From a virus (lineage: Duplodnaviria; Heunggongvirae; Uroviricota; Caudoviricetes), in IMG/VR virus record IMGVR_UViG_2541047705_000005: DNA of 17,849 nt. One strand, 5' to 3'. Both the position numbers and the translations under genes were made by a program. Position 1 is the stretch's first letter, and each line of letters opens with the position of its first letter. Below are positions 7,923-15,977 of the stretch, piece after piece. The notes under the pieces were generated by a model. It was not told the DNA's origin, did no database searches, and saw only the letters and a program-made list of their open reading frames with translations.

Positions 7923-9724
7923 AAAACGCACCGAATTTAAAATATCAGCCGAAGGATAAATTCACCGAGGTAATCATTTTTGCCGGGACGGATGCTTACG
8001 CCCATGCTCAACACTGGATTGAAAGCGAAGGACGAAAACACGGCGATAACGTGCCTCCTGTTTACCTGGGGCCAAAGCAACTGGCAGACCTGGCGAATAT
8101 CCGCATTGTCGACGATGAACGTCGCTTTGCGCGTGTCTATCTCGCGGGGGAGATAGAGCCAATCCAGATCAATGCTATTGCTGAAAAGCTGGCGCTGGCT
8201 GGTGTACAGGACGCGAAATTATACAAAGGTATCACCGACCGGGAGCCGGAAAACTGGCGCGACTACCTGCAACGGATCCGCGAACAGGCAGAGAGTGGGG
8301 AAGTTTCAGCGATGAAATTAGCCACAAAAAATATTGACCTATCCAGGCCAGCACTAAATCAGATGGGAGCCAGCCAGAGAGGGGAAGTGTTACTTGAATA
8401 TTATGGAAGAGCACTGGCTATAAATGATGATTCTGATGTAGTTCACCATTACAACGGAATTGTCTGGGTGCCTGTATCTGATAAGGAACTCCAGCGGTCT
8501 ATGGCGAAGATTTTTATTGATGCTGGAATCAGTTATTCGCAAAACGCCATTAAATTTGCCGTAGACACAATGAAATTGAGCCTGCCTGTTATGGGCGGGG
8601 CAGACAGGAATCTTATTGGATTCAGTAACGGGGTATTTGATACCCGGACGGGAAATTTTCGGGAGCATAACAAAAATGACTGGTTGTTAAATGCCAGTGA
8701 ATTACCGTTCAGCCCACCAGCAGAGGGGGAAACGCTGGCAACACATGCGCCGAATTTCTGGAAGTGGCTGCGTCGTTCGGTGGCAGATAATGAGCGTAAA
8801 GCTGATCGCGTACTGGCGGCATTATTCATGGTACTGGCGAACCGGTACGACTGGCAGTTATTCCTTGAGGTAACAGGCCCAGGCGGAAGCGGTAAAAGTG
8901 TGATGGCTGAGATTTGTACCATGCTGGCGGGTAAGGCCAACACAGTATCGGCAAGCATGAAGGCTCTGGAAGACGCAAGGGAACGCGCGTTAGTAGTTGG
9001 CTTTTCGCTGATTATCATGCCGGATATGACTCGCTACGCTGGCGATGGTGCAGGAATTAAGGCAATTACTGGCGGCGACAAGGTGGCAATTGATCCGAAA
9101 CATAAAGCCCCCTACTCCACACGTATTCCGGCAGTAGTGCTTGCGGTAAACAATAACGCCATGTCATTCAGTGACCGAAGCGGGGGGATCTCGCGTCGTA
9201 GGGTGATATTTAATTTCTCTGAGGTCGTACCGGAGAACGAACGCGATCCCATGCTGGCGGAAAAGATAGAAGGCGAACTGGCGGTAGTGATTCGCCATTT
9301 GCTAACACGATTTACCGACCAGGACGAAGCTAAAAGACTACTTTATGAGCAGCAAAAATCAGAAGAAGCGCTGTTGATAAAGCGCGAAGGTGATTCACTG
9401 GTGGACTTTTGCGGCTATCTGATGTCGTTGGTTAAATGTGAAGGAATGATGGTGGGCAATGCGGAAATAGTGCCATTTAGCCCGAGGCGATACCTGTATC
9501 ATGCTTATTTAGCCTATATGTCAGCGCATGGCCTGGGAAAACCAGTATCACTGACACGCTTTGGTACTGATATGCCAGGAGCTATGGCGGAATACGGAAA
9601 GGAGTATAAGCGGGCTAAATGCACTAAAGGCCCGGATAAAGGGCGAGTGATAACAAATGTTCTGTTAGATGATGATGCTGATGGCTGGTTGCCAGCAGCT
9701 ACAGGGATTAACGACAGAACATAA
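7919..9724 (+). CDS. Primase/helicase-like replication initiator (P4-alpha / D5-type NTPase family)
   Basis: 601-aa ORF, GTG start after GGGAGGT; Walker A P-loop LEVTGPGGSGKSVMAEI in the C-terminal half; last gene of a coupled operon and followed immediately by an iteron array, as expected for satellite pri/rep genes. Confidence 0.75.
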   Translation: MKNAPNLKYQPKDKFTEVIIFAGTDAYAHAQHWIESEGRKHGDNVPPVYLGPKQLADLANIRIVDDERRFARVYLAGEIEPIQINAIAEKLALAGVQDAKLYKGITDREPENWRDYLQRIREQAESGEVSAMKLATKNIDLSRPALNQMGASQRGEVLLEYYGRALAINDDSDVVHHYNGIVWVPVSDKELQRSMAKIFIDAGISYSQNAIKFAVDTMKLSLPVMGGADRNLIGFSNGVFDTRTGNFREHNKNDWLLNASELPFSPPAEGETLATHAPNFWKWLRRSVADNERKADRVLAALFMVLANRYDWQLFLEVTGPGGSGKSVMAEICTMLAGKANTVSASMKALEDARERALVVGFSLIIMPDMTRYAGDGAGIKAITGGDKVAIDPKHKAPYSTRIPAVVLAVNNNAMSFSDRSGGISRRRVIFNFSEVVPENERDPMLAEKIEGELAVVIRHLLTRFTDQDEAKRLLYEQQKSEEALLIKREGDSLVDFCGYLMSLVKCEGMMVGNAEIVPFSPRRYLYHAYLAYMSAHGLGKPVSLTRFGTDMPGAMAEYGKEYKRAKCTKGPDKGRVITNVLLDDDADGWLPAATGINDRT

Positions 9725-9751
9725 TACGAAATTTATAAGCTGAAACGTAAA

Positions 9752-10090
9752 GGTAGACGGTTGGTAGACAGATTCACTTAACCCTCTACCAACCATCTAC
9801 CAATTAATATTTTGAATTATAAAGATATTTTCAATGTGGTAGAGAGGTAGACAGTTATTTCTATATTCCTACACCACGGGGGGTATATAAAAAACAGATA
9901 GTTAAGGGGGCATTTTTTAAATTTCTCTTTTAACTGTCTACACTGTCTACCATTTAGTAAAAATCATTAATTATCAATGTATTAATGCGGTAGACCGTTG
10001 GTAGACAGTTTGCAGATTGTTTTTTTGTTATGTGTTAATAACATTAAATAAATCAATCAATTATATCGGTAGACAGTTGGTAGACAGTTG
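9752..10090. repeat. Iteron array: six copies of a ~20-bp unit GGTAGAC-N3-4-GGTAGACAG in both orientations (9752-9773, 9784-9801 inv, 9838-9856, 9933-9951 inv, 9989-10010, 10068-10090) separated by AT-rich spacers; putative replication origin
   Basis: Read directly; iterons plus AT-rich spacers immediately downstream of the primase/helicase-like gene match origin architecture of P4-like satellites and PICIs. Confidence 0.5.
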
Positions 10091-10095
10091 TAACG

Positions 10096-10638
10096 ATGGG
10101 GCAAAGCATGACTAAGCTGACCATTAACAGAAAACCAAAAGGTATTTACGGCACGCCGCAGAAAACGACGCAGGCGGCGCAGCAGCAGGATAAAACCACA
10201 TCGGCGCATAAAGTGATGCCCGGTAACCAGAAAGCGCAGCAGAAGCCCACAGGGGCAACACCGTGGCGGCATATGACCAAACGGCAGCGAAAAAACCGCA
10301 GACGCGTTAACCGCCTCACTGAGTTGTGGCCTGAATTATTCAGCCGGGAAGCACCGAAGCCGCTTAAGGTGGGGATATTCGACGACCTGATGCAGGATCT
10401 CGCCGTCAGGGGGCTGGCATTCGGGCCAGGGGCATTGCGTGCGACGCTGGCATCTTATGCGCAGTGTCCGCGCTATTACCGCGCCTTAATGGCTGGTGGG
10501 GTACGCTACGACCTGAAATGCCAGCCGTGCGGCGAGGTGACACCACAGGAACAACAGGACGCAGAAACGCGGCTGGTTGCGCTGAATGAGAAACGCAAAC
10601 GTCAGCGTCGGGCAGCAAAGGAGAAAACAGGCGCATGA
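10096..10638 (+). CDS. FinO/ProQ-domain RNA-binding protein (RNA chaperone-like)
   Basis: 180 aa; PLKVGIFDDLMQDL...LRATLASYAQCPRYYRAL...GVRYDLKCQPCGEV parallels the ProQ N-terminal domain (PLKIGIFQDL...LRSALRLYTSSWRYL...RVDLDGNPCGEL) as I recall it; start could be 10096 or 10108. Confidence 0.75.
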   Translation: MGQSMTKLTINRKPKGIYGTPQKTTQAAQQQDKTTSAHKVMPGNQKAQQKPTGATPWRHMTKRQRKNRRRVNRLTELWPELFSREAPKPLKVGIFDDLMQDLAVRGLAFGPGALRATLASYAQCPRYYRALMAGGVRYDLKCQPCGEVTPQEQQDAETRLVALNEKRKRQRRAAKEKTGA

Positions 10639-10922
10639 TTCACGACAGCAAAGCGGAAGCTCTGGAAGCGCGTGGTCTGTACCGGAGAGCGGCGGCGCGG
10701 TGGGCTGAGGTCATCATGCTGGCGAATGATGACAAGGCACGGGAGCAGGCGGCAAAACGTCGCGCGGAATGTATCCACAAGGCAGCACGCCCACCAGCAA
10801 GGCAGGATAATTTCGGGGAGATGCGCAAAACCATCAGCCGGGCACATGCCGGGATGGGATTACATCAGCCCAATGGTGAGGCATTCAGGAAATACCAAAA
10901 AAAGAACAATTGTAGTCAGTAA
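10635..10922 (+). CDS. PerC-family transcriptional regulator-like protein
   Basis: 95 aa; N-terminus KAEALEARGLYRRAAARWAEVIM matches my recollection of the PerC-family signature; ATGA overlap with the FinO/ProQ gene. Family call is from memory. Confidence 0.5.
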   Translation: MIHDSKAEALEARGLYRRAAARWAEVIMLANDDKAREQAAKRRAECIHKAARPPARQDNFGEMRKTISRAHAGMGLHQPNGEAFRKYQKKNNCSQ

Positions 10923-11056
10923 CAGAGGATGGGATTCTCTTGGTTTTTTGTTGATGCTTTCTGAGGAAATCTACTACGTTGCTGAGCAGATGAATATTCA
11001 ATTGCATCTGGGTTCCTGATAAGATTAATCTGAATATTTTCATTTGGAATAGGGAT

Positions 11057-12199
11057 ATGAATAAAACTTTAATTGCAACATTAGTCGGTATAGTAATGTT
11101 AACCGGATGTGGGCCAGAAGAGTTAACTCCAGAACAGAAACAGGAAGTAGCGGCTCTTAAAGCTGAACTGTCGCAAACGGAAGGTGAAATATCAGCAGCT
11201 AAGGAAGTTGACCAGCAGTTTTCTGGTGGGTTGATAAAAAATCTGACAACAGCAAGACTGGAAATATTAGGAACTAATAAAGCGCTTTTGGAACAGCGTA
11301 TTAATGCTATTGAATCAGGCGCCAAAATTGATGTTGTTGTATCTGGAGTAAAACCTGATCCTGAGCTTGCTGCTTCAATTAAAACTGAAATTGACAGCTT
11401 AGATGCAAAAATCAACGAAGCCAAAGCTGATGCTCGTCAGTATAGTGGTGGTCTGATAAAGGTACTAAAATTATCTACTGTTGCCACTGAAGAGCAGACT
11501 ATGGCAATGTTGCAGCAAAAGTACCTCACAGCCAAGTATGGCCTCGCTGAAGTTAAGCTGGCATCAGTACAAGATAATGACGCAAAAAACAGTACTGAAA
11601 CGGAAGTAACAGCCAAAAATTCCCAAGATCAACTTCCTTTACTCCCGCCAGCGGATGGTCCGTTTGGCTTAGAAGCCGGTCTTACACAGAAAAACATCGA
11701 AGATATGATCGGTGCTAAGCTCAAGCCACTACCAGACAGTGTGAATCTGTATACTTCTGATAAATTACCGAAGCAAAACGCAGATTTTGAAATGTATGGT
11801 TTGTTGATCTCCCCGAAAGCTGGTTTATGTCAAATACGGGCTTTAGGAAAAAATATTGATACTGATAGCTATGGATTGGCTCTTAAATCCAAGTTTGAAG
11901 AATTGAGTAATTCTTTAAGTTCTCTGTATGGAAAGGCTGATACTACAGACTTTTTGCTGGCTGGTTCAATTTGGAAAGATCCTCAGGACTGGATGAGGGG
12001 GCTAAACAAAAAAGAACGCTTCTTATCTGCCACATGGAAGGGAACAAAAGAAATACCATTAAAAAACAATATTGATACTATCTCTATTGAGGCCAGAGCG
12101 AACAATTCCACTCAGGGATATGTCTATCTGCAGTACTCATTTACAAATGACGAAATTTGTCAGGCAGAAATTGAAGGGGCGAAAAAAAGTTCCCTTTAA
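11057..12199 (+). CDS. Predicted lipoprotein (signal peptide with lipobox LTGC), function unknown
   Basis: 380 aa; N-terminal MNKTLIATLVGIVMLTGCGPEE; the mature region has repeated coiled-coil-like segments (ARLEILGTNKALLEQRINAIESGAKIDVV / ...IDSLDAKINEAKADARQYSGGLIKVLK). Confidence 0.7.
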   Translation: MNKTLIATLVGIVMLTGCGPEELTPEQKQEVAALKAELSQTEGEISAAKEVDQQFSGGLIKNLTTARLEILGTNKALLEQRINAIESGAKIDVVVSGVKPDPELAASIKTEIDSLDAKINEAKADARQYSGGLIKVLKLSTVATEEQTMAMLQQKYLTAKYGLAEVKLASVQDNDAKNSTETEVTAKNSQDQLPLLPPADGPFGLEAGLTQKNIEDMIGAKLKPLPDSVNLYTSDKLPKQNADFEMYGLLISPKAGLCQIRALGKNIDTDSYGLALKSKFEELSNSLSSLYGKADTTDFLLAGSIWKDPQDWMRGLNKKERFLSATWKGTKEIPLKNNIDTISIEARANNSTQGYVYLQYSFTNDEICQAEIEGAKKSSL

Positions 12200-12211
12200 A
12201 CAATCCGTGCA

Positions 12212-12238
12212 AAGCCCCTTAGTAAGGGGCTTTTATAT
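12212..12238 (+). terminator. Rho-independent terminator after the lipoprotein gene
   Basis: AAGCCCCTT-AGT-AAGGGGCTT perfect 9-bp stem followed by a T-rich tract (TTATATATT). Confidence 0.55.
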
Positions 12239-12262
12239 ATTAATGTCCAACGGGGGGATTAG

Positions 12263-12586
12263 ATGAAAGATAATCTAGAAAAACTAATTGAAAATACTTT
12301 AAAAGATATTCTATTAGCTAATGCTGCTCTAACATTCATTTTTGCAATACCAATGGCTATTATCAGTAGGCATGGGATGGGCATCACAATCTGGTTTATA
12401 ACTGTGCTCATTGCACCTGCTCTGTGTGCAGTAGGTGCATGGCTTGTATCTCGAACATTCGGCCATGCTGAGGAGTTCTTTCATCGTCGGTGGGCTAAGC
12501 GAATTTATGTTTTTTATACTCTTGCGGCTGCCGAGTTTTTGCTTGTGTACTCAATCGCGCAAATAATGAAAAATCTGATGAAATAA
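12263..12586 (+). CDS. Small integral membrane protein (two to three predicted TM helices), function unknown
   Basis: 107 aa with hydrophobic segments ALTFIFAIPMAIISRHGMGITIWFITVLIAPALCAVGAWLV; GGGGGGA RBS. Confidence 0.6.
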   Translation: MKDNLEKLIENTLKDILLANAALTFIFAIPMAIISRHGMGITIWFITVLIAPALCAVGAWLVSRTFGHAEEFFHRRWAKRIYVFYTLAAAEFLLVYSIAQIMKNLMK

Positions 12587-12775
12587 TTAACAAGTTATTA
12601 TCATGGGGTTTGTGGCTGTTAACCTGCAGTGAGGCGACAATCGTGTATTTATAAAAACTTCCCCTTTTCACTCCCCGCTGTTTCTTCTGCTATTGCCTTT
12701 ATGTTTGCATGCACCAACATCTGCCATACCTTTGCAGAAAAATCAGAGCATTCAGTGCCGAAGGTTGGTTTATTG

Positions 12776-12868
12776 ATGCTTTTCGTTTCATTTATTGCAA
12801 TTGTCTCTGGTATCATTTCAATTTGTGCAATAATTGCAATTATTGTCATTCAGAAGGGATCATCATGA
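12776..12868 (+). CDS. Possible 30-aa hydrophobic peptide (MLFVSFIAIVSGIISICAIIAIIVIQKGSS)
   Basis: In-frame ATG inside track ORF 12629..12868; single TM-like helix; its TGA overlaps the next ATG (ATGA). Weak SD; speculative. Confidence 0.3.
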   Translation: MLFVSFIAIVSGIISICAIIAIIVIQKGSS

Positions 12869-13032
12869 AAAATCACGGAGTAAAGCCAGTTTTACTTTCC
12901 CGGAGGCAGATCGAAGCCCTGCAACGCATCCAGGACGAAGAGCGTCAGAAATCTGTGCTTGGTGTGGCACCGTCGATTCATGTTACTGCCCGGCAACTGA
13001 TGGATAAGGCACTTAAAGAGGTGAGGCTGTGA
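12865..13032 (+). CDS. Small 55-aa protein (MKNHGVKPVLLSRRQIEALQRIQDEERQKSVLGVAPSIHVTARQLMDKALKEVRL)
   Basis: 3' part of track ORF 12709..13032; ATG at 12865 preceded by AGAAGGGA; stop overlaps the GTG start of the next gene. Confidence 0.45.
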   Translation: MKNHGVKPVLLSRRQIEALQRIQDEERQKSVLGVAPSIHVTARQLMDKALKEVRL

Positions 13033-13301
13033 AATTAAATATCAGAGTGGATAAACGCCAGCTATGGCAGAAAAAAGAGAACAGCGAGGCATTCAGGGCT
13101 TTGCTGGTGGAAAATCTTCGGCACCGGTTCAGTGGAGAGTTGCCAGATGCACTGGGGAAGAAACTGGAATCCCTGACAGTGGAAATTGGCGATTATGGCT
13201 TTGTTGATGTTGAAAGCACGACTGCCAACACAGAAATCGTAAAACAGGTCGTCAATGATGTAATGAAAACCACGCTTAGCCAGCCATCCTGGCGCAACTG
13301 A
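13029..13301 (+). CDS. Hypothetical 90-aa protein
   Basis: ORF-track ORF with GTG start overlapping the upstream TGA (GTGA); followed by a hairpin. Confidence 0.5.
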   Translation: MKLNIRVDKRQLWQKKENSEAFRALLVENLRHRFSGELPDALGKKLESLTVEIGDYGFVDVESTTANTEIVKQVVNDVMKTTLSQPSWRN

Positions 13302-13309
13302 ATCAGTAA

Positions 13310-13330
13310 GGGGCGGTTATTGCCCCTTTC
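13310..13330 (+). terminator. Terminator-like hairpin (GGGGC-N7-GCCCC followed by TTTCCTCC)
   Basis: Read directly; T-tract is weak. Confidence 0.3.
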
Positions 13331-13400
13331 CTCCATACCCACAACGCATTCCCTTTCCGCATGAAATTATTTTTTATCGTATATGCATGAGGTGAGCTAC

Positions 13401-13928
13401 ATGTTGATGAGTAAAGCCGAATACGCCAAATACAAAGGCGTAAGCCGCCAGACAGTTTACGACTGGCTCGAGAAAGGCGAAGTGGTCATGTCCGGTAAAA
13501 AAATTGATGTGGAAGCGACAGAGCAGCGGAACAGCCCACCAGCACAGGGGAAAGACACCATTTCTGAAATGTGGCCAGAAAGAACGCTGGAAATGACATG
13601 GGGCGAGTTCTGGAAAGCAGTTAAGGCCAGAGACGGTAAAATTCCTGCGCCAGTAACGGACGAGGGCATACAGCAGCATGTGCTGTATGCAGCCGGGGAA
13701 TTAGGCTGGGAAGTGCACTTTCTTGATGATGGTGCTATCTGTCTTGAGGATGATGAAGGGCAGCATTACTTTGAAAAATACAATTTGCGAGGTAATGCCA
13801 GGCTGGCAATTCGTATGCTGCGTTGCGAACTCTGCTATGTTGCCAGCGATTGTCCCGATGAACAGGACACATGGAGTGAGGCAGGACTAAACGCCTTGGC
13901 TGAATGGGAAAAATCAGGCCATCAATGA
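13401..13928 (+). CDS. HTH DNA-binding protein with Nu1/TerS-like N-terminal pattern; candidate packaging-redirection (Rpp-like) or regulatory protein
   Basis: Track ORF 13383..13928; I prefer the ATG at 13401, 7 nt after GAGGTGA. N-terminal MLMSKAEYAKYKGVSRQTVYDWLEKGEV resembles the lambda Nu1 wHTH pattern (KKQLADIFGASIRTIQNWQEQG) in spacing of conserved positions; followed by a dense repeat array. Confidence 0.55.
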   Translation: MLMSKAEYAKYKGVSRQTVYDWLEKGEVVMSGKKIDVEATEQRNSPPAQGKDTISEMWPERTLEMTWGEFWKAVKARDGKIPAPVTDEGIQQHVLYAAGELGWEVHFLDDGAICLEDDEGQHYFEKYNLRGNARLAIRMLRCELCYVASDCPDEQDTWSEAGLNALAEWEKSGHQ

Positions 13929-13933
13929 CCTCA

Positions 13934-14190
13934 AAAAGTGTCAAGTTGAGCAGTTTGCCAGGTTGACACTTTACACTCTGAACGCGAAAAAGTGTCAACC
14001 TCGCTGGATGCCTCGCCATTACTGGCCTTGTACCATATTCACCACGTCAAAAAACCGAAAAAATAGCGAAAAGTGTCAAGTTGCCATGCTTAGAAATGCT
14101 AAGGTTTGATAAGGTTTTTCGCGAAAAAGTGTCAAGTGTGTCAACCTGCGGTATTAAGATTTATTAAGGTCTTAAGCCGGAAAGTGTCAA
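13934..14190. repeat. Array of seven GTGTCAA core repeats (six direct, one inverted; consensus CGAAAAAGTGTCAAC) plus TAAGATTT-N-TAAGGT repeats; candidate packaging (cos/pac-proximal) or regulator binding region
   Basis: Core copies at 13938-13944, 13963-13969 (inverted), 13992-13998, 14073-14079, 14129-14135, 14138-14144, 14184-14190; read directly. Confidence 0.5.
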
Positions 14191-14221
14191 CCAGCCCCTA
14201 AGATTTCCTAAGGTGTAAATC

Positions 14222-14401
14222 ATGACCATCACCGAAGCCGATATGCTGGAGATGCTCCGCAGCATTGCCGAAATCAAACAACCAGCAAGCAAAATTAACA
14301 GGTGTTCAGCGCCTGTTTCCGTTGTGCTGCAACAGGAACGCCACCAGCATGATGATGTGAGGCCGTATCAGTGGAAGAAACCGGACAGGCTGCGGCGATA
14401 A
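14222..14401 (+). CDS. Possible 59-aa protein (MTITEADMLEMLRSIAEIKQPASKINRCSAPVSVVLQQERHQHDDVRPYQWKKPDRLRR), absent from ORF track
   Basis: ATG at 14222 is 6 nt downstream of TAAGGTG; ORF is 60 codons, presumably just below the track's length cutoff. Confidence 0.35.
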   Translation: MTITEADMLEMLRSIAEIKQPASKINRCSAPVSVVLQQERHQHDDVRPYQWKKPDRLRR

Positions 14402-14750
14402 AGGGTTGTTTAAAAGGTAGTTCAAAATTGAGTTCGCTAGCCGTCTAGCTTATCGATGCGTTAATTGGTTGATATTTTTTATGTCGTAATATTGTGTTCT
14501 GTGGCTGGTGGGAGTTTATGTTGAAAACTACCGATTCTGATAGGCTTTTTGCCATACGTATGCAGGAGAATTGACCATGTGAAGCAGGCAGGCATGTTGA
14601 GGAGAGCACTTACGCAGGATTGCTTAATCATTATTGAAAGACTCTGTGTTTCAAGTATCCTAATCAGTTAACTTCAGGAGCAAATTTTGAGCTTATACGG
14701 ATCCCCGTATTATGAGCCTCAATTGAAAATTTTGGGTAAGTGATTTAAAG

Positions 14751-15977
14751 ATGATTGCAGGCGCGAAAAGAGGGAGAAACGAACGCAAGGGGCTTCACTC
14801 TTGGCATCCATACTATGCGGGCTATTCAGAGTCATTTGTGGCTTCTGTTTTGCAGGCTGAAGGAGTTAAGTCGTCCGCTACCGTTCTTGATCCTTGGATG
14901 GGAAGCGGTACCACTGGTATAGTTTGTCAAAAGCAAACCATAAAGTGTATTGGAGCAGATATTAATCCTGTAATGAGCTATTTTGCTGCAGCCAAAAGTA
15001 GGGATAATATTTCAGCGCTGGATTATACCGGAGAGCAACTCCTGGAAAGGATACTGCTTTGCTTTAGAAAAAAAACAAAAGATATAACTGAGTCATCGAA
15101 GGGCTATCCACTTATTGAACAGTTACAAAAGTTTTATAAATGTATCTGTGATCAGTTTATGGATAAAGGACAAAATGATATCGTAAATCCTTTAAAAGCA
15201 TTTTATTGCAGTGTTTTATTTTATACTGTTCGCAATGTCCTTGATGTTAGGTCAACTTCAAATCCTACATGGATTTCTAAAAAAGTAGACTTTAATAATA
15301 AATTTGATATTTGTTTTGAATATAATAAAAATTTTAAAATTATGCGTGAGCAGTTAAGTGAATATTATGGCAGCGCTAATGGGGGGGCATGTTACTCGAT
15401 TTTAAACGTGGATAGTAAAAAATTAAATATTAAAAGTAACACAATTGATCTTGTTATTACATCGCCACCGTATTTAACACGAATAGACTATGCCGTTTCT
15501 ACTCGTCTTGAGTTGGAAATAATTTTAGGGAGTGAGGGATATAAGTCTCTTAGAAAGGAAATGATGGGCACGACGACTGTGCCTAAAGTTGCGGATGAAA
15601 TTAATAAAAAATGGGGGCCATTGTGTATGGATGTTTTGTCATCGGTAACATCGCATACATCAAGAGCATCTGGAAGTTATTACCTTAAAAATAAAATTAG
15701 ATATTTTTCTGATGCGTATGAGTCATTAATGGAAATCTTTAGAGTTTTAAAGGTAGGTTGCTCTGGTTATTTTGTAATACAAAATTCATATTATAAGGAA
15801 ATAGAGATTCCGCTTTATGATATTTATTGTGAAATGGCGCTTTCTATTGGGTTTTCAGAAGCGAAATGTGTGAGAGAAGATCAAGTTAAAGCAATATTTG
15901 GACAAATAAATACCAAGTCAAAAAATTATATTAAAGATAAAGTTTATTTTGAAAAAATCATAAGGATAACAAAATGA
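14751..15977 (+). CDS. DNA methyltransferase (amino-methyltransferase: N4-cytosine or N6-adenine), motif I before motif IV
   Basis: 408 aa; SAM-binding motif I VLDPWMGSGTTG (14889-14918) and catalytic motif IV SPPY in DLVITSPPYLTRIDYA (15462-15473); AT-rich codon usage; stop overlaps next start (ATGA). Confidence 0.8.
   Translation: MIAGAKRGRNERKGLHSWHPYYAGYSESFVASVLQAEGVKSSATVLDPWMGSGTTGIVCQKQTIKCIGADINPVMSYFAAAKSRDNISALDYTGEQLLERILLCFRKKTKDITESSKGYPLIEQLQKFYKCICDQFMDKGQNDIVNPLKAFYCSVLFYTVRNVLDVRSTSNPTWISKKVDFNNKFDICFEYNKNFKIMREQLSEYYGSANGGACYSILNVDSKKLNIKSNTIDLVITSPPYLTRIDYAVSTRLELEIILGSEGYKSLRKEMMGTTTVPKVADEINKKWGPLCMDVLSSVTSHTSRASGSYYLKNKIRYFSDAYESLMEIFRVLKVGCSGYFVIQNSYYKEIEIPLYDIYCEMALSIGFSEAKCVREDQVKAIFGQINTKSKNYIKDKVYFEKIIRITK

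Noticed and set aside
7479-9018. Minus-strand ORFs of 150, 62, 62, 60, 92 and 161 aa
   Set aside because: All are antisense to the tightly coupled plus-strand operon and primase gene, with no SD or motif support.
9752-10090. Possible transposon or IS terminal inverted repeats
   Set aside because: No transposase ORF nearby, and the repeats are multi-copy and iteron-like rather than a single terminal pair.
10672-11019. Plus-strand 115-aa ORF overlapping the PerC-like gene in another frame
   Set aside because: Arg/Ser-rich translation; the PerC-like frame has the recognisable family N-terminus and a coupled start.
10885-11424. Minus-strand 179-aa ORF
   Set aside because: Antisense to the lipoprotein gene with a Ser-rich, low-complexity translation.
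12629-13032. Track ORFs 12629..12868 (79 aa) and 12709..13032 (107 aa) as full-length proteins
   Set aside because: Their 5' portions lack SD support and read as low-complexity; replaced by shorter, coupled ORFs starting at internal ATGs (12776 and 12865).
13934-14190. Possible CRISPR array
   Set aside because: Repeat units are only about 7-15 bp, irregularly spaced and in mixed orientation, with no cas genes; better explained as protein-binding sites.
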